A program made the translations under genes and the position numbers. Below the pieces are notes generated by a model. The model worked only from the letters and a program-made list of their open reading frames with translations, ran no database searches and had not been told where the DNA came from. Shown here piece by piece: positions 27,301 to 39,849 of a stretch of DNA of 64,000 nt. Location: the NCBI GenBank assembly GCA_964016885.1, contig OZ024740.1:255316001-255380000 (forward strand). The letters run 5' to 3'. This stretch comes from Eledone cirrhosa. Lineage: Eukaryota. Positions within the stretch are counted from its first letter, which is position 1. Each line of letters opens with the position of its first letter.

Positions 27301-30300
27301 AGTTGCTGCTGTTGGTGTTGTTGCAGTTATTGGAATTGCTGTTGTTGTTATTGTTGCTGTAGTTGCTGCTGTTGGTGTTGTTGCAGTTATTGGAATTGCT
27401 GTTGTTGTTATTGTTGCTGTAGTTGCTGCTGTTGGTGTTGTTGCAGTTATTGGAATTGCTGTTGTTGTTATTGTTGCTGTAGTTGCTGCTGTTGGTGTTG
27501 TTGCAGTTATTGGAATTGCTGTTGTTGTTATTGTAGCTGCAGTTGCTGCTGTTGGTGTTGTTGCAGTTATTGGAATTGCTGTTGTTGTTATTGTTGCTGT
27601 AGTTGCTGCTGTTGGTGTTGTTGCAGTTATTGGAATTGCTGTTGTTGTTATTGTTGCTGTAGTTGCTGCTGTTGGTGTTGTTGCAGTTATTGGAATTGCT
27701 GTTGTTGTTATTGTTGCTGTAGTTGCTGCTGTTGGTGTTGTTGCAGTTATTGGAATTGCTGTTGTTGTTATTGTTGCTGTAGTTGCTGCTGTTGGTGTTG
27801 TTGCAGTTATTGGAATTGCTGTTGTTGTTATTGTTGCTGTAGTTGCTGCTGTTGGTGTTGTTGCAGTTATTGGAATTGCTGTTGTTGTTATTGTTGCTGT
27901 AGTTGCTGCTGTTGGTGTCGTTGCAGTTATTGGAATTGCTGTTGTTGTTATTGTTGCTGTAGTTGCTGCTGTTGGTGTTGTTGCAGTTATTGGAATTGCT
28001 GTTGTTGTTATTGTTGCTGTAGTTGCTGCTGTTGGTGTTGTTGCAGTTATTGGAATTGCTGTTGTTGTTATTGTTGCTGTAGTTGCTGCTGTTGGTGTTG
28101 TTGCAGTTATTGGAATTGCTGTTGTTGTTATTGTTGCTGTAGTTGCTGCTGTTGGTGTTGTTGCAGTTATTGGAATTGCTGTTGTTGTTATTGTAGCTGC
28201 AGTTGCTGCTGTTGGTGTTGTTGCAGTTATTGGAATTGCTGTTGTTGTTATTGTTGCTGTAGTTGCTGCTGTTGGTGTTGTTGCAGTTATTGGAATTGCT
28301 GTTGTTGTTATTGTTGCTGTAGTTGCTGCTGTTGGTGTTGTTGCAGTTATTGGAATTGCTGTTGTTGTTATTGTTGCTGTAGTTGCTGCTGTTGGTGTTG
28401 TTGCAGTTATTGGAATTGCTGTTGTTGTTATTGTAGCTGCAGTTGCTGCTGTTGGTGTTGTTGCAGTTATTGGAATTGCTGTTGTTGTTATTGTTGCTGT
28501 AGTTGCTGCTGTTGGTGTTGTTGCAGTTATTGGAATTGCTGTTGTTGTTATTGTTGCTGTAGTTGCTGCTGTTGGTGTTGTTGCAGTTATTGGAATTGCT
28601 GTTGTTGTTATTGTTGCTGTAGTTGCTGCTGTTGGTGTTGTTGCAGTTATTGGAATTGCTGTTGTTGTTATTGTTGCTGTAGTTGCTGCTGTTGGTGTTG
28701 TTGCAGTTATTGGAATTGCTGTTGTTGTTATTGTTGCTGTAGTTGCTGCTGTTGGTATTGTTGCAGTTATTGGAATTGCTGTTGTTGTTATTGTTGCTGT
28801 AGTTGTTGCTTTTAGTGTTGTTGCAGTTATTGGAATTGCTGTTGTTGTTATTGTTGCTGTAGTTGTTGCTTTTGGTCTTATTGCAGTTATTGGAATTGCT
28901 GTTGTTGTTATTGTTGCTGTAGTTGCTGCTGTTGGTGTTGTTGCAGTTATTGGAATTGCTGTTGTTGTTATTGTTGCTGTAGTTGCTGCTGTTGGTGTTG
29001 TTGCAGTTATTGGAGTTGCTGTTGTTGTTATTGTTGCTGTAGTTGTTGCTTTTGGTCTTGTTGCAGTTATTGGAATTGCTGTTGTTGTTATTGTTGCTGT
29101 AGTTGCTGCTGTTGGTGTTGTTGCAGTTATTGGAATTGCTGTTGTTGTTAATGTTGCTGTAGTTGCTGCTGTTGGTGTTGTTGCAGTTATTGGAATTGCT
29201 GTTGTTGTTATTGTTGCTGTAGTTGCTGCTGTTGGTGTTGTTGCAGTTATTGGAATTGCTGTTGTTGTTATTCTTGTTGTAGTTGCGGCTGTTGGTGTTG
29301 TTGCAGTTATTGGAATTGCTGTTGTTGTTATTGTTGCTGTAGTTGCGGCTGTTGGTGTTGTTGCAGTTATTCTAATTGCTGTTGTTGTTATTGTTGCTGT
29401 AGTTGCTGCTGTTGGTGTTGTTGCAGTTATTGGAATTGCTGTTGTTGTTATTGTTGCTGTAGTTGCTGCTGTTGCTGTTGTTGCAGTTATTGGAATTGCT
29501 GTTGGTGTTATTGTTGCTGTAGTTGCTGCTGTTGCTGTTGTTGCAGTTATTGGAATTGCTGTTGGTGTTGTTGCAATTATTGGAATTGCTGTTGTTGTTA
29601 TTGTTGCTGTAGTTGCTGCTGTTGGTGTTGTTGCAGTTATTGGAATTGCTGTTGTTGTTATTGTTGCTGTAGTTGCTGCTGTTGGTGTTGTTGCAGTTAT
29701 TGGAATTGCTGTTGTTGTTATTGTTGCTGTAGTTGCTGCTGTTGGTGTTGTTGCAGTTATTGGAATTGCTGTTTTTGTTATTGTTGCTGTAGTTGCTGCT
29801 GTTGGTGTTGTTGCAGTTATTGGAATTGCTGTTGGTGTTATTGTTGCTGTAGTTGCTGCTGTTGGTGTTGTTGCAGTTATTGGAATTGCTGTTGTTGTTA
29901 TTGTTGCTGTAGTTGCTGCTGTTGGTGTTGTTGCAGTTATTGGAATTGCTGTTGTTGTTATTGTTGCTGTAGTTGCTGCTGTTGGTGTTGTTGCAGTTAT
30001 TGGAATTGCTGTTGTTGTTATTGTTGCTGTAGTTGCTGCTGTTGGTGTTGTTGCGGTTATTGGAATTGTTGTTGTTGTTATTGTTGCTGTAGTTGTTGCT
30101 GTTGGTGTTGTTGCAGTTATTGGAATTGCTGTTGTTGTTATTGTTGCTGTAGTTGCTGCTGTTGGTGTTGTTGCAGTTATTGGAATTGCTGTTGTTGTTA
30201 TTGTTGCTGTAGTTGCTGCTGTTGGTGTTGTTGCAGTTATTGGAATTGCTGTTGTTGTTATTGTTGCTGTAGTTGCTGCTGTTGGTGTTGTTGCAGTTAT

Positions 30301-31910
30301 TGGAATTGCTGTTGTTGTTATTGTTGCTGTAGTTGCTGCTGTTGGTATTGTTGCAGTTATTGGAGTTGCTGTTGTTGTTATTGTTGCTGTAGTTGTTGCT
30401 TTTGGTCTTGTTGCAGTGATTGGAATTGCTGTTGTTGTTATTGTTGCTGTAGTTGCTGCTGTTGGTGTTGTTGCAGTTATTGGAATTGCTGTTGTTGTTT
30501 TTGTTGCTGTAGTTGTTGCTTTTGGTGTTGTTGCAGTTATTGGAATTGCTGTTTTTGTTATTGTTGCTGTAGTTGCTGCTGTTGGTGTTGTTGCAGTTAT
30601 TGGAATTGCTGTTGTTGTTATTGTTGCTGTAGTTGCTGCTGTTGGTGTTGTTGCAGTTATTGGAATTGCTGTTGTTGTTATTGTTGCTGTAGTTGCTGCT
30701 GTTGGTGTTGTTGCAGTTATTGGAATTGCTGTTGTTGTTATTGTTGCTGTAGTTGCTGCTGTTGGTGTTGTTGCGGTTATTGGAATTGTTGTTGTTGTTA
30801 TTGTTGCTGTAGTTGTTGCTGTTGGTGTTGTTGCAGTTATTGGAATTGCTGTTGTTGTTATTGTTGCTGTAGTTGCTGCTGTTGGTGTTGTTGCAGTTAT
30901 TGGAATTGCTGTTGTTGTTATTGTTGCTGTAGTTGCTGCTGTTGGTGTTGTTGCAGTTATTGGAATTGCTGTTGTTGTTATTGTTGCTGTAGTTGCTGCT
31001 GTTGGTGTTGTTGCAGTTATTGGAATTGCTGTTGTTGTTATTGTTGCTGTAGTTGCTGCTGTTGGTATTGTTGCAGTTATTGGAGTTGCTGTTGTTGTTA
31101 TTGTTGCTGTAGTTGTTGCTTTTGGTCTTGTTGCAGTGATTGGAATTGCTGTTGTTGTTATTGTTGCTGTAGTTGCTGCTGTTGGTGTTGTTGCAGTTAT
31201 TGGAATTGCTGTTGTTGTTTTTGTTGCTGTAGTTGTTGCTTTTGGTGTTGTTGCAGTTATTGGAATTGCTGTTTTTGTTATTGTTGCTGTAGTTGCTGCT
31301 GTTGGTGTTGTTGCAGTTATTGGAATTGCTGTTGGTGTTATTGTTGCTGTAGTTGCTGCTGTTGGTGTTGTTGCAGTTATTGGAATTGCTGTTGTTGTTA
31401 TTGTTGCTGTAGTTGCGGCTGTTGGTGTTGTTGCAGTTATTGGAATTGCTGTTGTGGTTATTGTTGCTGTAGTTGCTGCTGTTGGTGTTGATGCAGTTAT
31501 TGGAATTGCTGTTGTTGTTATTGTAGCTGTAGTTGCTGCTGTTGCTGTTGTTGCAGTTATTGGAATTGCTGTTGGTGTTGTTGCAATTATTGGAATTGCT
31601 GTTGTTGTTATTGTTGCTGTAGTTGCTGCTGTTGGTGTTGTTGCAGTTATTGGAATTGCTGTTGTTGTTATTGTTGCTGTAGATGCGGCTGTTGGTGTTG
31701 TTGCAGTTATTGGAATTGCTGTTGTTGTTATTGTTGCTGTAGTTGTTGCTTTTGGTGTTGTTGCAGTTATTGGAATTGCTGTTTTTGTTATTGTTGCTGT
31801 AGTTGCTGCTGTTGGTGTTGTTGCAGTTATTGGAATTGCTGTTGTTGTTATTGTTGCTGTAGTTGCTGCTGTTGGTGTTGTTGCAGTTATTGGAATTGCT
31901 GTTGTTGTTA
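12310..31910 (-). CDS. Possible mucin-like Thr/Ala/Ile/Pro repeat exon (TTTAIPITATTPTAATTATI)n; coding status unresolved
   Basis: The minus-strand frame is open without frameshift for about 19.6 kb, and every indel in that stretch is a multiple of 3. The unit is 10 Thr, 5 Ala, 3 Ile, 2 Pro. No signal peptide or clean 5' exon boundary was found, and 1-bp deletions occur elsewhere in the array. Confidence 0.35.
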
Positions 31911-34900
31911 TGTTGCTGTAGTTGCTGCTGTTGGTGTTGTTGCAGTTACTGGAATTGCTGTTGTTGTTATTGTTGCTGTAGTTGCTGCTGTTGGTGTTGT
32001 TGCAGTTATTGGAATTGCTGTTGTTGTTATTGTTGCTGTAGTTGCTGCTGTTGGTGTTGTTGCAGTTATTGGAATTGCTGTTGTTGTTATTGTTGTTGTA
32101 GTTGCTGCTGTTGTGTTGTTGCAGTTAATGGAATTGCTGTTGGTGTTATTGTTGCTGTAGTTGCTGCTGTTGGTGGTGTTGCAGTTATTGGAATTGCTGT
32201 TGTTGTTATTGTTGCTGTAGTTGCTGCTGTTGGTATTGTTGCAGTTATTGGAATTGCTGTTGTTGTTATTGTTGCTGTAGTTGCTGCTGTTGGTGTTGTT
32301 GCAGTTAATGGAATTGCTGTTGGTGTTATTGTTGCTGTAGTTGCTGCTGTTGGTGTTGTTGCAGTTATTGTAATTGCTGTTGTTGTTATTGTTGCTGTAG
32401 TTGCTGCTGTTGGTGTTGTTGCAGTTATTGGAATTGCTGTTGTTGTTATTGTTGCTGTAGATGCTGCTGTTGGTGTTGTTGCAGTTATTGGAATTGCTGT
32501 TGTTGTTATTGTTGCTGTAGTTGCTGCTGTTGGTGTTGTTGCAGTTATTGGAATTGCTGTTGTTGTTATTGTTGCTGTAGTTGCGGCTGTTGGTGTTGTT
32601 GCAGTTATTGGAATTGCTGTTGTTGTTATTGTTGCTGTAGTTGCTGCTGTTGATGTTGTTGCAGTTATTGGAATTGCTGTTGTTGTTATTGTTGCTGTAG
32701 TTGCTGCTGTTGGTGTTGTTGCAGTTATTGGAATTGCTGTTGTTGTTATTGTTGCTGTAGTTGCGGCTGTTGGTGTTGTTGCAGTTATTGGAATTGCTGT
32801 TGTTGTTATTGTTGCTGTAGTTGCTGCTGTTGATGTTGTTGCAGTTATTGGAATTGCTGTTGTTGTTATTGTTGCTGTAGTTGCTGCTGTTGGTGTTGTT
32901 GCAGTTATTGGAATTGCTGTTGGTGTTGTTGCAGTTATTGGAATTGCTGTTGTTGTTATTGTTGCTGTAGTTGCTGCTGTTGGTGTTGTTGCAGTTATTG
33001 GAATTGCTGTTGTTGTTATTGTTGCTGTAGTTGCGGCTGTTGGTGTTGTTGCAGTTATTGGAATTGCTGTTGTTGTTATTGTTGCTGTAGTTGCTGCTGT
33101 TGGTGTTGTTGCTGTTATTGGAATTGCTGTTGTTGTTATTGTTGCTGTAGATGCGGCTGTTGGTGTTGTTGCAGTTATTGGAATTGCTGTTGTTGTTATT
33201 GTTGCTGTGGTTGCTGCTGTTGGTGTTGTTGCAGTTATTGGAATTGCTGTTGTTGTTATTGTTGTTGTAGTTGCTGCTGTTGTGTTGTTGCAGTTAATGG
33301 AATTGCTGTTGGTGTTATTGTTGCTGTAGTTGCTGCTGTTGGTGTTGTTGCAGTTATTGGAATTGCTGTTGTTGTTATTGTTGCTGTAGTTGCTGCTGTT
33401 GGTGTTGTTGCAGTTATTGGAATTGCTGTTGTTGTTATTGTTGCTGTAGTTGCGGCTGTTGGTGTTGTTGCAGTTATTGGAATTGCTGTTGTTGTTATTG
33501 TTGCTGTAGTTGCTGCTGTTGGTGTTGTTGCAGTTATTGGAATTGCTGTTGTTGTTATTGTTGTTGTAGTTGCTGCTGTTGGTGTTGTTGCAGTTATTGG
33601 AATTGCTGTTGTTGTTATTGTTGCTGTAGTTGCAGTTATTGGAATTGCTGTTGTTGTTATTGTTGCTGTAGTTGCTGCTGTTGGTGTTGTTGCAGTTATT
33701 GGAATTGCTGTTGTTGTTATTGTTGCTGTAGTTGCGGCTGTTGGTGTTGTTGCAGTTATTGGAATTGCTGTTGTTGTTATTGTTGCTGTAGTTGCGGCTG
33801 TTGGTGTTGTTGCAGTTATTGGAATTGCTGTTGTTGTTATTGTTGCTGTAGTTGCGGCTGTTGGTGTTGTTGCAGTTATTGGAATTGCTGTTGTTGTTAT
33901 TGTTGCTGTAGTTGCTGCTGTTGGTGTTGTTGCAGTTATTGGAATTGCTGTTGTTGTTATTGTTGCTGTAGTTGCTGCTGTTGGTGTTGTTGCAGTTATT
34001 GGAATTGCTGTTGTTGTTATTGTTGCTGTAGTTGCTGCTGTTGGTGTTGTTGCAGTTATTGGAATTGCTGTTGTTGTTATTGTTGCTGTAGTTGCGGCTG
34101 TTGGTGTTGTTGCAGTTATTGGAATTGCTGTTGTTGTTATTGTTGCTGTAGTTGCTGCTGTTGGTGTTGTTGCAGTTATTGGAATTGCTGTTGTTGTTAT
34201 TGTTGCTGTAGTTGCGGCTGTTGGTGTTGTTGCAGTTATTGGAATTGCTGTTGTTGTTATTGTTGCTGTAGTTGCTGCTGTTGGTGTTGTTGCAGTTATT
34301 GGAATTGCTGTTGTTGTTATTGTTGTTGTAGTTGCTGCTGTTGGTGTTGTTGCAGTTATTGGAATTGCTGTTGTTGTTATTGTTGCTGTAGTTGCAGTTA
34401 TTGGAATTGCTGTTGTTGTTATTGTTGCTGTAGTTGCTGCTGTTGGTGTTGTTGCAGTTATTGGAATTGCTGTTGTTGTTATTGTTGCTGTAGTTGCGGC
34501 TGTTGGTGTTGTTGCAGTTATTGGAATTGCTGTTGTTGTTATTGTTGCTGTAGTTGCTGCTGTTGGTGTTGTTGCAGTTATTGGAATTGCTGTTGTTGTT
34601 ATTGTTGTTGTAGTTGCTGCTGTTGTGTTGTTGCAGTTAATGGAATTGCTGTTGTTGTTATTGTTGCTGTAGTTGCTGCTGTTGGTGTTGTTGCAGTTAT
34701 TGGAATTGCTGTTGTTGTTATTGTTGCTGTAGTTGCGGCTGTTGTTGTTGTTGCAGTTATTGGAATTGCTATTGTTGTTATTGTTGCTGTAGTTGCTGCT
34801 GTTGGTGTTGTTGCAGTTATTGGAATTGCTGTTGGTGTTATTGTTGCTGTAGTTGCTGCTGTTGGTGTTGTTGCAGTTATTGGAATTGCTGTTGTTGTTA

Positions 34901-37900
34901 TTGTTGCTGTAGTTGCTGCTGTTGGTGTTGTTGCATTTATTGGAATTGCTGTTGTTGTTATTGTTGCTGTAGTTGCGGCTGTTGGTGTTGTTGCAGTTAT
35001 TGGAATTGCTGTTGTTGTTATTGTTGCTGTAGTTGCTGCTGTTGGTGTTGTTGCAGTTATTGGAATTGCTGTTGTTGTTATTGTTGCTGTAGTTGCTGCT
35101 GTTGCTGTTGTTGCAGTTATTGGAATTGCTGTTGTTGTTATTGTTGCTGTAGTTGCTGCTGTTGGTGTTGTTGCAGTTATTGGAATTGCTGTTGGTGTTG
35201 TTGCAGTTATTGGAATTGCTGTTGTTGCTATTGTTGCTGTAGTTGCTGCTGTTGGTGTTGTTGCAGTTATTGGAATTGCTGTTGTTGTTATTGTTGCTGT
35301 AGTTGCTGCTGTTGGTGTTGTTGCAGTTATTGGAATTGCTGTTGTTGTTATTGTTGCTGTAGTTGCTGCTGTTGGTGTTGTTGCAGTTATTGGAATTGCT
35401 GTTGGTGTTGTTGCAGTTATTGGAATTGCTGTTGTTGTTATTGTTGCTGTAGTTGCTGCTGTTGGTGTTGTTGCAGTTATTGGAATTGCTGTTGTTGTTA
35501 TTGTTGCTGTAGTTGCTGCTGTTGGTGTTGTTGCAGTTATTGGAATTGCTGTTGTTGTTATTGTTGCTGTAGTTGCTGCTGTTGGTGTTGTTGCAGTTAT
35601 TGGAATTGCTGTTGGTGTTGTTGCAGTTATTGGAATTGCTGTTGTTGTTATTGTTGCTGTAGTTGCTGCTGTTGGTGTTGTTGCAGTTATTGGAATTGCT
35701 GTTGTTGTTATTGTTGCTGTAGTTGCTGCTGTTGGTGTTGTTGCAGTTATTGGAATTGCTGTTGTTGTTATTGTTGCTGTAGTTGCTGCTGTTGGTGTTG
35801 TTGCAGTTATTGGAATTGCTGTTGGTGTTATTGTTGCTGTAGTTGCTGCTGTTGGTGTTGTTGCAGTTATTGGAATTGCTGTTGTTGTTATTGTTGCTGT
35901 AGTTGCTTCTGTTGGTGTTGTTGCAGTTATTGGAATTGCTGTTGGTGTTATTGTTGCTGTAGTTGCTGCTGTTGGTGTTGTTGCAGTTATTGGAATTGCT
36001 GTTGGTGTTATTGTTGCTGTAGTTGCTGCTGTTGGTGTTGTTGCAGTTATTGGAATTGCTGTTGTTGTTATTGTTGCTGTAGTTGCTTCTGTTGGTGTTG
36101 TTGCAGTTATTGGAATTGCTGTTGTTGTTATTGTTGCTGTAGTTGCTTCTGTTGGTGTTGTTGCAGTTATTGGAATTGCTGTTGTTGTTATTGTTGCTGT
36201 AGTTGCTGCTGTTGGTGTTGTTGCAGTTATTGGAATTGCTGTTGGTGTTATTGTTGCTGTAGTTGCTGCTGTTGGTGTTGTTGCAGTTATTGGAATTGAT
36301 GTTGGTGTTATTGTTGCTGTAGTTGCTGCTGTTGGTGTTGTTTCAGTTATTGGAATTGCTGTTGTTGTTATTGTTGCTGTAGTTGCTGCTGTTGGTGTTG
36401 TTTCAGTTATTGGAATTGCTGTTGTTGTTATTGTTGCTGTAGTTGCTGCTGTTGGTGTTGTTGCAGTTATTGGAATTGCTGTTGTTGTTATTGTTGCTGT
36501 AGTTGCTTCTGTTGGTGTTGTTGCAGTTATTGGAATTGCTGTTGTTGTTATTGTTGCTGTAGTTGCTGCTGTTGGTGTTGTTTCAGTTATTGGAATTGCT
36601 GTTGTTGTTATTGTTGCTGTAGTTGCGGCTGTTGGTGTTGTTGCAGTTATTGGAATTGCTGTTGTTGTTATTGTTGCTGTAGTTGCTGCTGTTGGTGTTG
36701 TTGCAGTTATTGGAATTGCTGTTGTTGTTATTGTTGCTGTAGTTGCGGCTGTTGGTGTTGTTGCAGTTATTGGAATTGCTGTTGTTGTTATTGTTGCTGT
36801 AGTTGCTGCTGTTGGTGTTGTTGCAGTTATTGGAATTGCTGTTGTTGTTATTGTTGCTGTAGTTGCTGCTGTTGGTGTTGTTTCAGTTATTGGAATTGCT
36901 GTTGTTGTTATTGTTGCTGTAGTTGCTGCTGTTGGTGTTGTTTCAGTTATTGGAATTGCTGTTGTTGTTATTGTTGCTGTAGTTGCTGCTGTTGGTGTTG
37001 TTTCAGTTATTGGAATTGCTGTTGTTGTTATTGTTGCTGTAGTTGCTGCTGTTGGTGTTGTTGCAGTTATTGGAATTGCTGTTGTTGTTAATGTTGCTGT
37101 AGTTGCTTCTGTTGGTGTTGTTGCAGTTATTGGAATTGCTGTTGTTGTTATTGTTGCTGTAGTTGCTGCTGTTGGTGTTGTTGCAGTTATTGGAATTGCT
37201 GTTGTTGTTATTGTTGCTGTAGTTGCTGCTGTTGGTGTTGTTTCAGTTATTGGAATTGCTGTTGTTGTTATTGTTGCTGTAGTTGCTTCTGTTGGTGTTG
37301 TTGCAGTTATTGGAATTGCTGTTGTTGTTATTGTTGCTGTAGTTGCTGCTGTTGGTGTTGTTGCAGTTATTGGAATTGCTGTTGTTGTTATTGTTGCTGT
37401 AGTTGCGGCTGTTGGTGTTGTTGCAGTTATTGGAATTGCTGTTGTTGTTATTGTTGCTGTAGTTGCTGCTGTTGGTGTTGTTGCAGTTATTGGAATTGCT
37501 GTTGTTGTTATTGTTGCTGTAGTTGCTGCTGTTGGTGTTGTTGCAGTTATTGGAATTGCTGTTGTTGTTATTGTTGCTGTAGTTGCTGCTGTTGGTGTTG
37601 TTGCAGTTATTGGAATTGCTGTTGTTGTTATTGTTGCTGTAATTGCGGCTGTTGGTGTTGTTGCAGTTATTGGAATTGCTGTTGTTGTTATTGTTGCTGT
37701 AGTTGCTGCTGTTGCTGTTGTTGCAGTTATTTGAATTGCTGTTGTTGTTTTTGTTGCTGTAGTTGCTGCTGTTGGTGTTGTTGCAGTTATTGGAATTGCT
37801 GTTGTTGTTATTGTTGCTGTAGTTGCTGCTGTTGGTGTTGTTGCAGTTATTGGAATTGCTGTTGTTGTTATTGTTGCTGTAGTTGCTGCTGTTGGTGTTG

Positions 37901-39849
37901 TTGCAGTTATTGGAATTGCTGTTGGTGTTATTGTTGCTGTAGTTGCTGCTGTTGGTGTTGTTGCAGTTATTGGAATTGCTGTTGGTGTTATTGTTGCTGT
38001 AGTTGCTGCTGTTGGTGTTGTTGCAGTTATTGGAATTGCTGTTGGTGTTGTTGCAGTTATTGGAATTGCTGTTGTTGTTATTGTTGCTGTAGTTGCTGCT
38101 GTTGGTGTTTTGCAGTTATTAGAATTGCTGTTGGTGTTATTGTTGCTGTAGTTGCTGCTGTTGGTGTTGTTGCAGTTATTGGAATTGCTGTTGGTGTTAT
38201 TGTTGCTGTAGTTGCTGCTGTTGGTGTTGTTGCAGTTATTGGAATTGCTGTTGGTGTTGTTGCAGTTATTGGAATTGCTGTTGGTGTTATTGTTGCTGTA
38301 GTTGCTGCTGTTGGTGTTGTTGCAGTTATTGGAATTGCTGTTGTTGTTATTGTTGCTGTAGTTGCTGCTGTTGGTGTTGTTGCAGTTATTAGAATTGCTG
38401 TTGGTGTTATTGTTGCTGTAGTTGCTGCTGTTGGTGTTGTTGCAGTTATTGGAATTGCTGTTGGTGTTATTGTTGCTGTAGTTGCTGCTGTTGGTGTTGT
38501 TGCAGTTATTGGAATTGCTGTTGGTGTTATTGTTGCTGTAGTTGCTGCTGTTGGTGTTGTTGCAGTTATTGGAATTGCTGTTGTTGTTATTGTTGCTGTA
38601 GTTGCTGCTGTTGGTGTTGTTGCAGTTATTGGAATTGCTGTTGTTGTTATTGTTGCTGTAGTTGCTGCTGTTGGTGTTGTTGCAGTTATTAGAATTGCTG
38701 TTGGTGTTATTGTTGCTGTAGTTGCTGCTGTTGGTGTTGTTGCAGTTATTGGAATTGCTGTTGGTGTTATTGTTGCTGTAGTTGCTGCTGTTGGTGTTGT
38801 TGCAGTTATTGGAATTGCTGTTGGTGTTGTTGCAGTTATTGGAATTGCTGTTGGTGTTGTTGCAGTTATTGGAATTGCTGTTGTTGTTATTGTTGCTGTA
38901 GTTGCTGCTGTTGGTGTTTTGCAGTTATTGGAATTGCTGTTGGTGTTATTGTTGCTGTAGTTGCTGCTGTTGGTGTTGTTGCAGTTATTGGAATTGCTGT
39001 TGGTGTTGTTGCAGTTATTGGAATTGCTGTTGTTATTATTGTTGCTGTAGTTGCTGCTGTTGGTGTTGTTGCAGTTATTGGAATTGCTGTTGTTGTTATT
39101 GTTGCTGTAGTTGTTGCTGTTGGTGTTGTTGCAGTTATTGGAATTGCTGTTGTTGTTATTGTTGCTGTAGTTGCTGCTGTTGGTGTTGTTGCAGTTATTG
39201 GAATTGCTGTTGTTGTCATTGTTGCTGTAGTTGCTGCTGTTGGTGTTTTGCAGTTATTGGAATTGCTGTTGGTGTTATTGTTGCTGTAGTTGCTGCTGTT
39301 GGTGTTGTTGCAGTTATTGGAATTGCTGTTGGTGTTGTTGCAGTTATTGGAATTGCTGTTGTTGTTATTGTTGCTGTAGTTGCTGCTGTTGGTGTTGTTG
39401 CAGTTATTGGAATTGCTGTTGTTGTTATTGTTGCTGTAGTTGTTGCTGTTGGTGTTGTTGCAGTTATTGGAATTGCTGTTGTTGTTATTGTTGCTGTAGT
39501 TGCTGCTGTTGGTGTTGTTGCAGTTATTGGAATTGTTGTTGTTGTTATTGTTGCTGTAGTTGCTGCTGTTGGTGTTGTTGCAGTTATTGGAATTGCTGTT
39601 GTTGTTATTGTTGTTGTTGTGGCTGTTACAATTATTGGCGCTGTTGGTGTTGTGTTGTTATTATTGTTGCCGTTGTTGTTATAGTTGTTTATATTGTTAC
39701 TATTATTGTTTTTGTTGCTCTTGTCGTTGGTGTTGTTGATGGTGGAGGTATTATAATTATTGCCGACAGTGTGCAGACATTACAAGTTTTGGGAGAAAAG
39801 GTTCGTAATTTTAAGCTGTTTTAAAGTATCATTGTTTGTATTTTCTTGT

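Larger units (their letters stand above)
2815..39650. repeat. Giant 60-bp tandem array (about 600 units; consensus tgttgttattgttgctgtagttgctgctgttggtgttgttgcagttattggaattgctgt)
   Basis: Near-identical successive 60-base lines over about 37 kb. The unit is a diverged 30+30 dimer. Occasional 30-bp and 18-bp deletions occur. Confidence 0.99.

Noticed and set aside
12260-31921. 6553-aa Val/Ala/Ile/Gly ORF on the plus strand, and the Cys-rich ORFs such as 2837-5614
   Set aside because: These are alternative frames of the 60-bp repeat. The compositions are implausible, the starts are non-ATG, and openness follows from the repeat unit.
2815-39650. CRISPR-like or telomeric array
   Set aside because: There are no unique spacers and no TTAGGG-type unit, and the context is eukaryotic.
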